Positions 1 through 18,910 of a DNA stretch of 64,000 bases are shown here, piece after piece (position 1 is the first letter of the stretch; every line of letters starts with the position of its first letter). The stretch comes from Thalia democratica (lineage: Eukaryota). Under the pieces are notes generated by a model, which worked only from the letters and a program-made list of their open reading frames with translations, ran no database searches and was not told where the DNA came from. The stretch is taken from positions 19,902,001 to 19,966,000 of the forward strand of contig OZ241829.1 in assembly GCA_965202585.1 (NCBI GenBank). The letters run 5' to 3'. A program made the translations under genes and the position numbers.

Positions 1-160
1 GTAACTGAATTTGTATTTTTGTTATAACTTTTTTCTAAATGTTATTTATTCTTTATTGAGTTAGTTTTAATAGTTAAGTATCCTATCTCCAGAAAAAAAT
101 ATTTGGATAGCAGAAATACTAATAACCATACTTTGCTTTAAAGTTGCTGTTATATACGAT

Positions 161-6773
<6,613 letters not shown>

Positions 6774-8156
6774 TATGTAAATTATTTTATGTTATCTGTT
6801 TTAAAAAATTAAAAAAAAATAAATAGAGCTTTGCATAAAAAAACAATTTAACTTACTTATAAATTAAAAAATATTAATACTCTAGTTATTTAATTTATTA
6901 ACTAATAGAGTAAAAACTTGACTAAGTCATTTTTACCTAATCAGTTCTTTCTATTAAACTAATCAAATAAACTAAAAAACTTTTTTCGTGTTTTGTAAAA
7001 AAATTAAAGAGAGTAGTTTCAAAATTTAGTTTTAGTTTAAACTAAGTTTATAAAACAATATTTCAAATACTTAAAAAATATACTTAAAACTTAAACAACC
7101 ATGAAAACAATTCCTAGCTTTGTAGTAAGTCATATAACCAACTAATTCCTATATTATTTAGTTGAAAAATTATAAGTACTTTTCTTCAGTTAGTTTTATT
7201 GTGATAATAATCAACACACTATTTGCAAACTTTATTAAGCTTTCAAATAATTCACTAAAAAATTACTTAGCAAAAAACATATAATTTAATAGAAAAACAA
7301 ATGTATTAAAAAAACTTAAAACATAGCACAAATAGTAAGCTAAAAAATTTAAATACTTTAATCAATGTAACTTAAAAATACTTAACTTATAAATTTTTAA
7401 AACCATAAAGTAGTGATAATTAAATCTAATTTTACAACCTTTAAAACATTTTGGAAAAAAAAAGTAAAACGAACTTTTATGATGTATGAGTAAGACTAAC
7501 ATGCCAAAAATAATATTAACACAAAAACATTTTAGATATAGTTTAAACAAGTTCAAAATAATAAAGTTCAAGTTTTGCTGCAATTTATTGAAAGTATCTA
7601 AATGTTACAATAGTAAACATTTTCAAAATCAATTTAGTGTAAATAAAAGTTTACTAACACCATTGCAAAATAGCTTGAAATATATAAACTAAAATTTAAT
7701 AAACGAATCTTAATAAGAGCACATATAAATGATGAATTGTTTAAAAACTTCAGTATAAAAACAAAAGTAGTTTTTTTTTACCATCTAAAAACTAGGTTAT
7801 TACTATTTTAAATTGTAGTTATATTCAAACTACTCAAAATGAACAAGACGAACAGTATTAAGTGTTTAAGAGCAGCAATAAGAACATTTAACTGAACCAT
7901 TCAAGTATCATTTATTTCAAGTAACTATTCAAAACTATGGATAATTCATAATATTTTGTAGACAAGTTCATCCCTAATGGATATTTATAAAAATATTATG
8001 ATTATTTAAATTATTTGTCAAACTAATTAAAATATTCTACAGATGCTTTAGAGTTTGTAAAATTCATAATGTTAGGCCAACAATAAAGCAAAAAATATCT
8101 GTCTACAAAAACTTCAAATAGCCTATATTACTAATTTTTATATAATTTATTTTAAT

Positions 8157-10274
8157 TCAATCACTGCAGATATCCTCAACAAGGGTGTCCACCAGCTTAC
8201 CAACATCAAGCCTTTCTCCAAACATGTTCTCGTACATCTTCCTGGCGTTCCTACCCCCTCCCTGGCTCAGCATCTCCCTCCTGTACCTCTCTCCCTGCTT
8301 CCTACAAAAGGGGTTTTCCCTGAAACACTCCACCCACAAACGGCTGGCAATGGCCCTGGAAACCAGGTAGGCGTGGTACTTGGCCCCGTAGGCGGCAAAG
8401 TGGTTGAAGCGGTGCTGGTAGGATCCGTGGTGGACCGCGGGAACGCAGCTGTGGTCTTCTTCTATTTTAGCAAGTATCTCTGAGGTTGTTTTGCTGCCGT
8501 CAAAGTCACCGTGGAAGGCCTGGTCCATCAGGGAGTACTTGACCTGCACCTGAGCATCCAAGGCCTGCCCGTGCTTGTCAAAGTTTGCCATGTAGTCCAG
8601 CAACTTCTGGCTGATTGGTGTGCCTGTTTTGTAGTGACGGGCGAAAGTCTTTAAAACCCTGGGGTCTCTGGCAAAGTACTCCATGAGGATGGCAGGCACC
8701 TCAGCAAAGTCAGTGGCACACCTGGTACCAGTGACGTGCTGGTAAGTGGTTCTGGCCAGCATTGAGTGCATGGCATGGCCCATCTCATGAAACAAGTTGC
8801 TCAGTGAGTTAGGGGTCAGCAGGGTTGGCTTCAGCATTGATGGGGGACTCAGATTGAGGCATACAGCCACTTTTGGAAGCTGGTACGTCCCGTCCCTCAG
8901 CCTCCTGCCGCCTTGTATTGTGAACTGGCAGTCCTGATTGGGTTTGCCATTTCTGTCATACAGATCGCAGTAGATGTAGCCAATCACATCAGTGTCTTCA
9001 TCCACAACAGCCAGCTTCACCACATCCTCACTCCACAGTTCACCCTTGCTCGCCTTCTGAGGCTGAAACTCCACCCCATATAGCGACTTGAACAGATTGC
9101 TCAGCCCCTGCATGCAGTGGCCCAGTGAAAAGTAGCTGGAAATGTGGCTGTTGTCCGTTGCAGAGGTGGCTGCTCTGAGCTTAGCGCTGTACATTGGCAC
9201 GTCCCAAGCTTCAAGCTTGTTGGATTTGCTCCTTCTCCTGTGGAAGTCTTCCACTTTCAGATCTTCCAGCTGCTTGCACTCTTGCTCAGCAACCGGCTTC
9301 AGCTTTGAAGACAGAGTGAGTAAAAAGTTCATTACAGTCTTTGGATTGTCTACTGTTTGAAGCAACAAATTCCTTTCACTCCAGCTTTTGTAGCCAAGAA
9401 GCTTTGCAATCTTGTACCTTGTACTCAATATGCCTGACAAAAGCTGCTCGTTTTGGGGGTTGTCGTGGTGGAACACTTTGTAGGCAAACTCCCTGACTTC
9501 CTCGTTTGGGTTGCTGTAAAGAGGCGAGGTGACCAGCATCGTCTCATCTTCATAGTACTGGAAGTTGTGGCGCATTGATTCAGGCACCATGCTGCTTGGA
9601 ATTAGCACTGGCTGGTTGCAGGTGTGCTGGAAATTTCCCAGCAGCTGAAGCAGCTTTTCATGATACCCGACCGCCTTCTCTCTTTTTGCACTCTCCAAAT
9701 GAACTCCTGCAATCTTGAAATCAGCAAGCAAAAGTTCAGCAACAATCCTGGACTCTTCATCCAGCTTGCCCGAGGGTTCATCAACTGCTTTTTGCAGCTG
9801 CTTGAAAAGCTTTACGTTTGTGTTCAGCTGCTCCACCATGGTGGCAATGCTCAAGTGGGCCTCACCTGCTGCGTTTTGATACTTCTCTTCTGGGTGGCAA
9901 GTCCTTATAAAGTCTGCCAGGTCCGCCACCCTGCACAGGACATCTGACAGCTCGTCCACGAGCTTGATGGTCTCCACTCCAGGCTCCACCTTCTCAATGT
10001 CTTCCAGCAGCTCCTGGGCTTTTTTCAGAGCTTCCTTCTTGACAGTGTTGAAGCCGCCGGGGCTGGTCAGCTGGGGAACTTGGAAGAGGCCTGCGTTGTC
10101 GTTTGTGACAAAATCAGTGAACCTCTTGAGTGGGGAAACGGACACAGAAGCGGGGAGAGTGTTGAAGGAGGTCTTCACGAGCTCGTGGTTGAGCCGCCAC
10201 TGCTGGTAGGTGGATCCTGCCAAGAACCTGCCACGCTTTGATAGGTGCTGCAGCAGCCTGCTTCCATTTTGCAT
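8157..10274 (-). CDS. MIPEP: Mitochondrial intermediate peptidase (peptidase M3 family), single exon, 705 aa
   Basis: Uninterrupted ORF with an Arg/Ser/Leu-rich N-terminal presequence, HEMGH zinc motif (LFHEMGHAMHSML), downstream RCATDFAEVP motif, GYIYCDL and a GAKYHAYL (YYSY-like) segment typical of MIP/Oct1. Confidence 0.93.
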   Translation of the reverse strand: MQNGSRLLQHLSKRGRFLAGSTYQQWRLNHELVKTSFNTLPASVSVSPLKRFTDFVTNDNAGLFQVPQLTSPGGFNTVKKEALKKAQELLEDIEKVEPGVETIKLVDELSDVLCRVADLADFIRTCHPEEKYQNAAGEAHLSIATMVEQLNTNVKLFKQLQKAVDEPSGKLDEESRIVAELLLADFKIAGVHLESAKREKAVGYHEKLLQLLGNFQHTCNQPVLIPSSMVPESMRHNFQYYEDETMLVTSPLYSNPNEEVREFAYKVFHHDNPQNEQLLSGILSTRYKIAKLLGYKSWSERNLLLQTVDNPKTVMNFLLTLSSKLKPVAEQECKQLEDLKVEDFHRRRSKSNKLEAWDVPMYSAKLRAATSATDNSHISSYFSLGHCMQGLSNLFKSLYGVEFQPQKASKGELWSEDVVKLAVVDEDTDVIGYIYCDLYDRNGKPNQDCQFTIQGGRRLRDGTYQLPKVAVCLNLSPPSMLKPTLLTPNSLSNLFHEMGHAMHSMLARTTYQHVTGTRCATDFAEVPAILMEYFARDPRVLKTFARHYKTGTPISQKLLDYMANFDKHGQALDAQVQVKYSLMDQAFHGDFDGSKTTSEILAKIEEDHSCVPAVHHGSYQHRFNHFAAYGAKYHAYLVSRAIASRLWVECFRENPFCRKQGERYRREMLSQGGGRNARKMYENMFGERLDVGKLVDTLVEDICSD

Positions 10275-10434
10275 TGTTTAAATTCAAAAGCTGTTTGTTT
10301 TATTTATATTAAAAAGTTTGTGGAATTAAGTACCATGACAAATTTAATATAATAAGATAATGTGAAAAATAAGTCAATTAGTTGAAAACTATTAAAATTG
10401 TAATTAATTTATATAAATATTTTAAATAATAAAT

Positions 10435-10945
10435 AATTTATTATTTTTGAGAAAAACAACTGCTAAGTTTCACCGCAGAGCGAATTTCCTAATTGTAGAT
10501 CTAGTAAAATAACAATGGTAAAAATGACATATAATTAAAAATTGGTTTGAATTAAGTTTTTTTTTTTAAACTATTAAAAAAATTAATAAATAAAATAATA
10601 TTAAGTTAAGAATTATGTTGATGCTAAACAACCTTTAAATTAAAAACTATTAAATTATAGTCCATAAAAAATACAATTATCCATGGTATACAGTGGGGTA
10701 TTGATACCTAATGGGATTAAAAAACAAAACTTTACAGAGTTAGAAACTATAGAGTTGTAAATTAATATTATTAAGCACATTTTTTTAAGTTAAAGGTTGT
10801 TTAGCATCAATATTATTCTTTTTTTTTTTGTTAAAAATCTTAATTCAAACCAATTTAATTTTACCATTATTATTTTACTAGATCTACAATTTGAAAATCC
10901 GCTCTGAGGTGAAACTTAGTAATTGTTTTTTCTCAAATATAATAA
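10435..10945. mobile_element. Foldback/MITE-like imperfect inverted repeat upstream of MIPEP
   Basis: Left arm about 10449-10638 (GAGAAAAACAACTGCTAAGTTTCACC...GATGCTAAACAACCTTTAA) is the imperfect reverse complement of about 10790-10934. Confidence 0.75.
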
Positions 10946-11184
10946 AATATTAATTATCAATCGCCCTTGTGGATAGATTACTGTGTATTATTTATTTGTT
11001 TTGAACTTAATAGTTAAATATTTTAAATAACCTATGACTATTCTTAAATTAAAAATTTATACAACTATGAAGTATGAGGTGAGTATTTAATATAAGTACA
11101 AGTAAATATCAAAATTCAAAACATATGAAATTTTACAATAAAAAGTAAGATGAATTAATACTTTTTATTAGAAAGTACATTCTA

Positions 11185-11587
11185 CAGGGTTGCCACTTGT
11201 TTTTTCATAAAATTTTCTAGGTTTTCAACATTTCTTCCAGGTTTTTAAAAGTAAACCTTTTTGGGTCTATTTTTAGTTAAAAGTTAAGTCTAAGCTAAGA
11301 AACTGTGTTAAATAGTATAAAAACATTGAAAAGATAGTGTAAAGCTACTTTAAATAGTTTATCAATAAAAAAATTTTAGATGATGACAAACTTTTTTATT
11401 TATATGATAGATTTTTTGAGTCAAATTTGAGTTACTACTGAACATGTTGTAAAAAAAATTGTAAAAATTCCAGGTTTTTTTAGTGACTTTGTTCAAAATT
11501 CCAAGTTTTTCCAGGTTTTTTTCAAAATTTCTTAAGTTCCAGGTTTTTCAAGGTTTTTCCAGGTCTCCAGGTAAAGTGGCAACCACG
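11185..11587. mobile_element. MITE, GGGTTGCCA-terminus family (hAT-like)
   Basis: Ends CAGGGTTGCCACTT and AAGTGGCAACCACG; internal CCAGGTTTT repeats; no TSD resolved. Confidence 0.6.
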
Positions 11588-12418
11588 ATTCTGTTTAGAA
11601 TGATTGAAGATGTAAACTTATAAGATTGAACTTTTTTGTAAAATTTAATAATTTTCACCTTAGTTATTGAGTACTGTTAACATAAATTCAAAACACCAAG
11701 CATCATAAGACCCAAAGGTTAAAACCCATGAGCTCTATACTAAAGGATTTTCTTTTTAGCTATAAAAGAAATGATTTCTTTGAAAAAAAAAACTTCACTA
11801 AAGCTTTAGCCTAAAAATAAAAAAGACTCTTTATATTTTTGAAGAATATATACTTTTAATTTAATAATTTACCTTTATTTTAAGGGTTATTTTAATCAGG
11901 ATAGTCACTCACCCAGGAAATAAAACTAGCATTAGGTTATTAAAAAAATTAAAGAAATATTTGTGCATCTTTTGTGCAAGTTATGTATACATTAAGCTTT
12001 TTAGATTTTTTAATCTATAAGTATAAACAAATATTATATCTAAATATTCATCAAATAGTATATTTGTTTATTTGTATGAGTAAAATGGCAATATTAAGTA
12101 CTGAGTTTGTTTAAACATTTTGAAATAAAATGAATGGTAACAAGCAAATATTAAAATTTTTTTAAGAAACATTAAAATTTAAACAAACTTACAGAAAAAT
12201 ACTCAATTTTTATTATGATTATCTACAACAAACTTGTAACAACAGCTCAAACTTCTTTCAATCTAAACTGTTTACTGGTGTACTATTTATATATTTTAAA
12301 TAAATGAACTATTTTGGCTCAAAACCTGATTAGAATCAAAAACAAAGATATGAGGTCCTAAAAACAAATATTAGTATCAGTCTTTAAATAAAACTTTTTA
12401 CTAAAATAGAGAAAGCCA

Positions 12419-12710
12419 CAGGGTTGAAAATAATACCTTGTAATTCAAATCATAACAAAAGTTTAGAGTATTTAAAATATACTATTCAAGTAAATTTAAA
12501 ATAACAAGTATTAAAAACTTAATGACAAAATATTATTAGGTTGAAACAAAAAACAACCTAAGTTTTACAAAATTCATACTAGCTGGAGTTTCAAAAAAAA
12601 AACCAAAGCCAGATTAAATTCTTAAGTAACTTTTTAAAAGTTCAAACTAAACTGAGTTTTTCAAAAAGTTCCTAACTAGTCTATATTAACCTGATGGAGT
12701 GGCAATCCTG
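12419..12710. mobile_element. Degenerate MITE, GGGTTGCCA-terminus family
   Basis: CAGGGTTGAAAA ... GTGGCAATCCTG. Confidence 0.4.
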
Positions 12711-12880
12711 TTTAATAGAATATTTTAACTTTTTTAATTCATTTTAGTTGTCAGAATGACAGTAGCTACTTTTGAAAAAAAAATTGTCCTAACTAGGTTA
12801 GTATAATCTATAAGTACACTTAGCTTGACAATTTCAATTAAAATACCTTGAAGCTATGAAAAACATATTAAGATAATTAA

Positions 12881-13332
12881 GGGCATAGGGGGGTAACACC
12901 TTTTTTTGAAACTTGATCTAATTTTACAGAGTTTTTAGTAAGCTACAAGATGCTTTTTACAGATTTTAAAACTTCACAATAATTTTTGAGATATAGCCGG
13001 TCAGAGTCGGAGGCAACAGTAGGATCCTTATGGCAGGCGCAAACTAAAATGGCAAATAACTAGAAATCACTAAAAATATATATTCTCCTACGTTTTTTGA
13101 GGTAGTTATCTTAAAAAAATGTAGAAGATAGATTTTTAGTGAAATAGCCTATTTTTGCCGTTTTAGCTTGCTCCTCCCATAAGGATCCTATTGCTGCCTC
13201 CGACTTTGACCAGCTATATCTCAAAAGTTATTTTGAATTTTTTAAATCTGTAAAAAGCATTTTGTAGCTTAGTAAAAACTATATAAAATAAGATCTTATT
13301 TTAAAAAAAAGGTGTTTTTTCCCCCTATGCCC
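12881..13332. mobile_element. 452-bp MITE with long TIRs and TTAA flanks (Kolobok-like)
   Basis: TTAA|GGGCATAGGGGGG ... CCCCCTATGCCC|TTAA, with arms of roughly 190 bp. A TTAA TSD with purine-purine 5' termini fits Kolobok rather than piggyBac (CCC start). Confidence 0.8.
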
Positions 13333-14555
13333 TTAAATTTTTTCTTTATTATTGTAAACTTTACTACAATTTAAACATTTTAGAGTAAAAGATAACCTAA
13401 TTCAGCATAAATTCATTGTTAAGCCATAAAAACTAACACCTTATATCATATTTTCTAAATATTAATTAGAAGGCTTAAACAACATTGATTTAAAAGAAAT
13501 TAGAATCAAAAAATCATAAAAAGAGTTATTTAATCAAATTAAATATTGACTTTTAAAACTAAAAGTACATTTATCAATTATCTATGTTTCACAAAATATT
13601 TCTATTAAGAAATCAAAAACATTAACTTACCTTAACACCTTCTTCAAAAAAGATTTAGTACCTATAACTTTTACTTTAAAATTTATGTTATCATCATGTC
13701 TTAACATTAAAATTCATTGCTTTTTACAAACACTTTACTACTTTCACACATACAATGCTAAACTTTTTAAACTTCTTTAGTCATTTTCAAACTTATTTTA
13801 AATGTACTATTTTGGCTTAAAACCAGTTTAGAATCAAAAACATAGATATGAGGTCCTAAAAACTAACTTTTAAGCCTTTAAGGTTTTAGTGAATCTAATC
13901 CAATTAAAGGAAACTTAATAAGATTATAAAACCATTCATTATACATGATTAAGGCATAAGTAAATTGACACCATACATTGTTCTTTTAATTAAAGCAAAA
14001 CTTTAGTATGCAAGAAGTAATATCTAAATTATAGTGAGAAAATATTTTAACTAGAAGCATAAAATTCTAAAAAAACTAGGAAGTATATTTGAAAAATTAA
14101 CTGCTTTATCAAAAAGGTCAAAGAGATAGCAGATATCAGATAAAGGGTCAGCAAAACACATTCTAACACACAGAAAATCATGACCCTCAACACACTTTTT
14201 AAATTAAAAAAAACAACTTGAACTTGACATAACTGAAATTAAGTTTGTTTTATAAATAAAATGTGTCCTTATTTCAATCAGGAAAAAACCTTAATAACTA
14301 ATAATAACTAATTATTTTGTTAAAATTTTGTTTTTAATCATTTTTATACTGGGTTACCCCTAAAATATTAAAATAAAACAAGAAAATTTTTCATAGGCAC
14401 TCCATCTTATTTTTAGACACCCAAAATTTTAAAATATACACTTTTTATTACTGAAATAAACTTGGCTGAAGTCAGTAAAAAATATTCTTTAGTGAATAAT
14501 AGAGAGATAAACACAGTTTTCTGTTTAAAAACAAATTTAGTGTTAAAAACACAAT

Positions 14556-14863
14556 CAGAGTTGTCAGACCTTTAATCAAAGAACTGTCCTGAGTAACCTT
14601 AAACTGTCCTGAGTCATTTCAAGTTATTTTAAAATTCATAAAATTCAAGTTTTATAACAAATTAGTTACAAAAGAAGAAAATATTAATATTAATCAACTA
14701 AATCTCATTCAAAATCTAAAAAATTATGTCTTACAATTTCAAAAAAAAATCTTAAACTATTCTAAGTATGCCTAGGTTTGAAATAAAAATCAAAACATTC
14801 TGAATTATCTAGAGCCATCCTGAAATTAAAAAAAAAAAATATCCAAAGTGTGTGGCAACTCTT
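14556..14863. mobile_element. Degenerate MITE, GGGTTGCCA-terminus family
   Basis: CAGAGTTGTCAG ... TGTGGCAACTCT. Confidence 0.45.
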
Positions 14864-17800
14864 CAAAATTGTCAGTAAAAGTTTTTGTAAAAAGGTTTTT
14901 GAATAAAATAAATAAAAATAAACATATTTAGTTTCATGGTTTCTAAAAAGCCTTACCCTTTTCTTATGTATACAATTTTAAATTTCCAAATTTCCTTATC
15001 ATTTATATTTTACAAAACAAAATGATATCTTAAAAAGCAAGGAAGTCCTATAAAATTCTTTAAGTCTAAAATAACTTTTTGTTCATGTTTAAATTCTCAT
15101 TTTCTGTTTAAATTTGAACTTTTATAACTGATGAGCTCTTTTAATAAAACTTTGCACTATAACAAACACTTGAAAGTAGAACTCTAACCATAAACAGACA
15201 TATTTAAAAGTATAATATATTGCAAATAAAGTTAACTTTATCAGAAACACTTGTATATCTAAATAGAAACTAATCAACACTAAGCAAAAAAAGTAAGTTC
15301 AAGGAAAAACTAAATGTTTTAAATATTTTATCAAATTAAATCAAAAAAACTTTAAAGTTTTAAAAATCAAGGAAAAACAAGAATAGTGGGAACACTGTTT
15401 ATGGCAATTTTTTATTAGTGTTGCAAAAGAGTATTTTAAAGATTCCCTTTAATTTTAGGGTTATTGACCCCTGTTTTAAATTGAACTATAAAAACTTAAT
15501 ATTTCTCATAGTTACATCACATGCAATATTAGGTTATATTTGTTTATCTAATGATGCTTAGTTAGTCTTATATTACAAGGATATAAATAATAAAATAATA
15601 TAAGAGTACAATATTATTAGAAACATATATACTTATCTAAACATTCATTTTTGTTTTTATTTTAAGTCATATATTTTATTACATGACTTAAAAATTTTTA
15701 AACATGTTTTCAACTTCTAGTACAAGTTGTAGCAAAAAAATGTTAAACATAAAACAAAATTTAAAAACTGTGATATTAATTGTGCTACTAAAGTTCTCAT
15801 TCAGGTATTTAGTATTGCATATTATTGAACAGGTTAAAATATATTTCAATTTGTGTGGTAAACAAAATATTTTTTTGAATTTTTACACACAGAGATACTG
15901 ATTCTGATAAATAGTCAAGTAAAGTTAAAAAGAAGACTTATGAAAAATATATTTGGAAGTTCTTTTGATTTGGCATATGCTTTTTTTTACTGTTTCACAG
16001 CACTTACTATCATTTGAACCAAAAAAAATCGAGGCCATAGAGGGATAACAACTAAGGATAAATTAGTTACAAATATTGGTTTTTGTTTTAAAGATTAAGT
16101 TAAGTACTGTGAAATACTTTTTTTAGACAAAAATATCAAACAAACTTTTGTGATATAGCCAGTTTACTTAAAAGATTTTGATATACATATATGAAATAAT
16201 AATTTTATTGCCAGTTTTTTTAAAGTTAAAAACACTATTAAAAACAATATTTTTAAATTTTTAAGCAAATTAATTTAAATTAAAAAAAAAGTTTCTTGAT
16301 TTATTTTTTTTCAATTAACATAAAATAAGAATTGGTACTTCAGAACAAAAAATTAAAAATAAAGTGTTTTAACATAAAAATAAAAGAATTTAACTGATAA
16401 TTTTTAAAATCCCACACATGATTGTTATTATAAATTTAACAGCAGACTGAGAAAGTTTGAGAATAGCAACTGTAAGAAAAAGATAGATACTAGAAAGACT
16501 TTTTTCCCCATTTTTCATTTGATAAAGAACCTATTAAATACTTTTACTTTGTATCCTTTTATCTCAAAAACTAACTTGGATTTAACTTAGGCAAAAAGCA
16601 ACTGCTAGAGCAAAATTTAAAAAATTTAAACTTGATTTACTTGTAAAAAAGTGCCTTAACCTCTTATGTGGCTTACAATTATTAGATACTCCAAAATATA
16701 AGACTAATATTCAGAAAAAAACACAATAATCCATATTCACAGATAGAGTTTTTAGCAAAAACTATACTTGCAATAACTAAAACTTACAACTTTGCAAGTA
16801 AAAAATTCACAAGCATACAAACTCTCTTTTTTTTTTAATTGTGAATTATTTGTTTTTAATTTAAAAACTTCAACTTTTAAATGCTTTTTTATGAATTAAA
16901 AAAAAATGTCACAATTGAAATATTTAAAACAAGGACCAATATTTGTAACAACATTGTTGTATCACTTTATCAGGATTGGAAACAATTTTACGTTGCTGTT
17001 GCAGTAAGCATTTAAAAAAACCAATGAATAAAGTATTTGGAATGATAGGAAAATAAATACCCTAATAGCACAGTATCATTTACTAAATCAAGTTTTAAAT
17101 TTGTTTTATCTATTCATGTAGCTTGAGAAATTCAAAAATTACACTATTACATTCTAGATTTTCAAAAAATTAAATTATTATAAGTATTCATGATGTTCTG
17201 CTCCACCCTTGGTTTTATCACTAGTTATTACTACATGCTTAAAAATGTTTACTGGCACACTCAGCAATTCTAGATTCTATTTGTAATATTAAGCAATACT
17301 ATAAGTATACAAACTTTAATCAAAATACCAATAGTTTAATTGCACATAAAATTTAATTTTCAAAATTTCCGTTATATATGTTTGTATTTTTAAAATTAAC
17401 AAAAAGAAATTTAAAATTATAACTATACTAATTAGTTGGGAGTTACAATAATAACAATAACTAATTAAAATTATGAAACACAAACAACATTTTTAAATAA
17501 CATTTTACCTTTAAAATTATTTAAAACTAAATAACATAGTTAATTTTTGAATTATTAACCTTCAAAAAATTAAGATGTTAGTATTATGATTAATAGCGTA
17601 AAAAGAATTTTACAAAATTAGGGTATTTTGTATAGACAAGTGTAAATTGATTAAAACAAAATACTGCACATAAGTTTAAAAAACTTTTTTATTTAGTTGA
17701 TTTACCATATATTTCAATTTACTACTGACACTACAAATTTGTCATAAAAAATTTAAGTTTGTTTTTTTTTTTTAGTCAGTTTAAATAATTTATTTTTCAA

Positions 17801-18535
17801 ATTTAAACATTAATTAAGTAAAGAATTTTAAATATTTAGCCATGTTGAATAAACAAATAAATACAACTTATACCAAAAATAATTTGTACAACATTGTTCA
17901 TTTAAGCTAAAAAGCTTGTCTAGAGAAATTGAAATACTTGAATCATATTAAAATAAAAATTTCAAAAAAATAAAACAGATAGCATTTTTATTTTGTTAAA
18001 ATATAAAACTTTAAATTTTTAATGAGTAGGAGAGTATTTTTGGTTAGACTGAACTTTTTTTTAAATTTTTACTTGCCATTGAACCAATGCTTCTTATATA
18101 AAATAAATTATTACTAAAATTTTCAATGATAAAAAATATTTTAACTGCATACTAGCTTCAATAAACTGTAATAGTATTACTTAGCAACTTTTTTAGTAAA
18201 GTTAAGTTTTTATTACTCTTTCATTTACATCAATAAGCAAGCAAATTACATTGTTGGCCTCATTTTAAAATTAAAACTTAATGATTTTTTTCAAAAGAAA
18301 CCTTAAGTAATTTAGCAAACACTTACATGTACAAATATGTAACAATATATTTGTACTTACATGTACAGATATGTAATACAAGATGGGAAATTTTAAACTA
18401 GTTTACTAAAATTTGAACCCAAGCAAGTTTTCACTGACATTTAGACCAAAAAATGCATTAACATTAACAGACACTTTTAAGAAACATTAGGTTTAGGACA
18501 AATTGTTAAACTAAGATTTTAGTTTCAAATTATTT

Positions 18536-18910
18536 CGGGGTTGCCACTATTTGAGGCAAAAAAGTTAGCCTGAATGATCAAAAACTAGCCTGAGTTAATA
18601 AAAAAATTCAATTAATAAAATGAGAAACAAATGAAGAAAATTACTGTTAGTTAACCTCAATACCTAAAAATAATAATTAAATAACAACAGGATTTGATAA
18701 CAAACACAATTTAAAAAAAACATAAAAGTTTAAGTCATAAACTAGCCATAGATTTTGGAAAAAATATAAAGTAGCCTAAGTTTAAAATAAACAAGTTTAA
18801 GTCTGCTACATTTTTTCATCAAATTCAAATTAGCCTAAACTGACCAAAGTTTTCCAGAATTTCAAACCTGAGTAATCATAAGTAGCCTGAAAGTGTAAGA
18901 TGGCAACTTT
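18536..18910. mobile_element. Degenerate MITE, GGGTTGCCA-terminus family
   Basis: CGGGGTTGCCACT ... AGATGGCAACTT, with internal TAGCCT repeats. Confidence 0.5.

Noticed and set aside
8185-10209. Plus-strand ORFs overlapping MIPEP (8185, 9142, 9624, 9964) and the alternative-frame ORF 9602-9784
   Set aside because: Shadow frames of a GC-rich coding sequence with no recognisable motifs.
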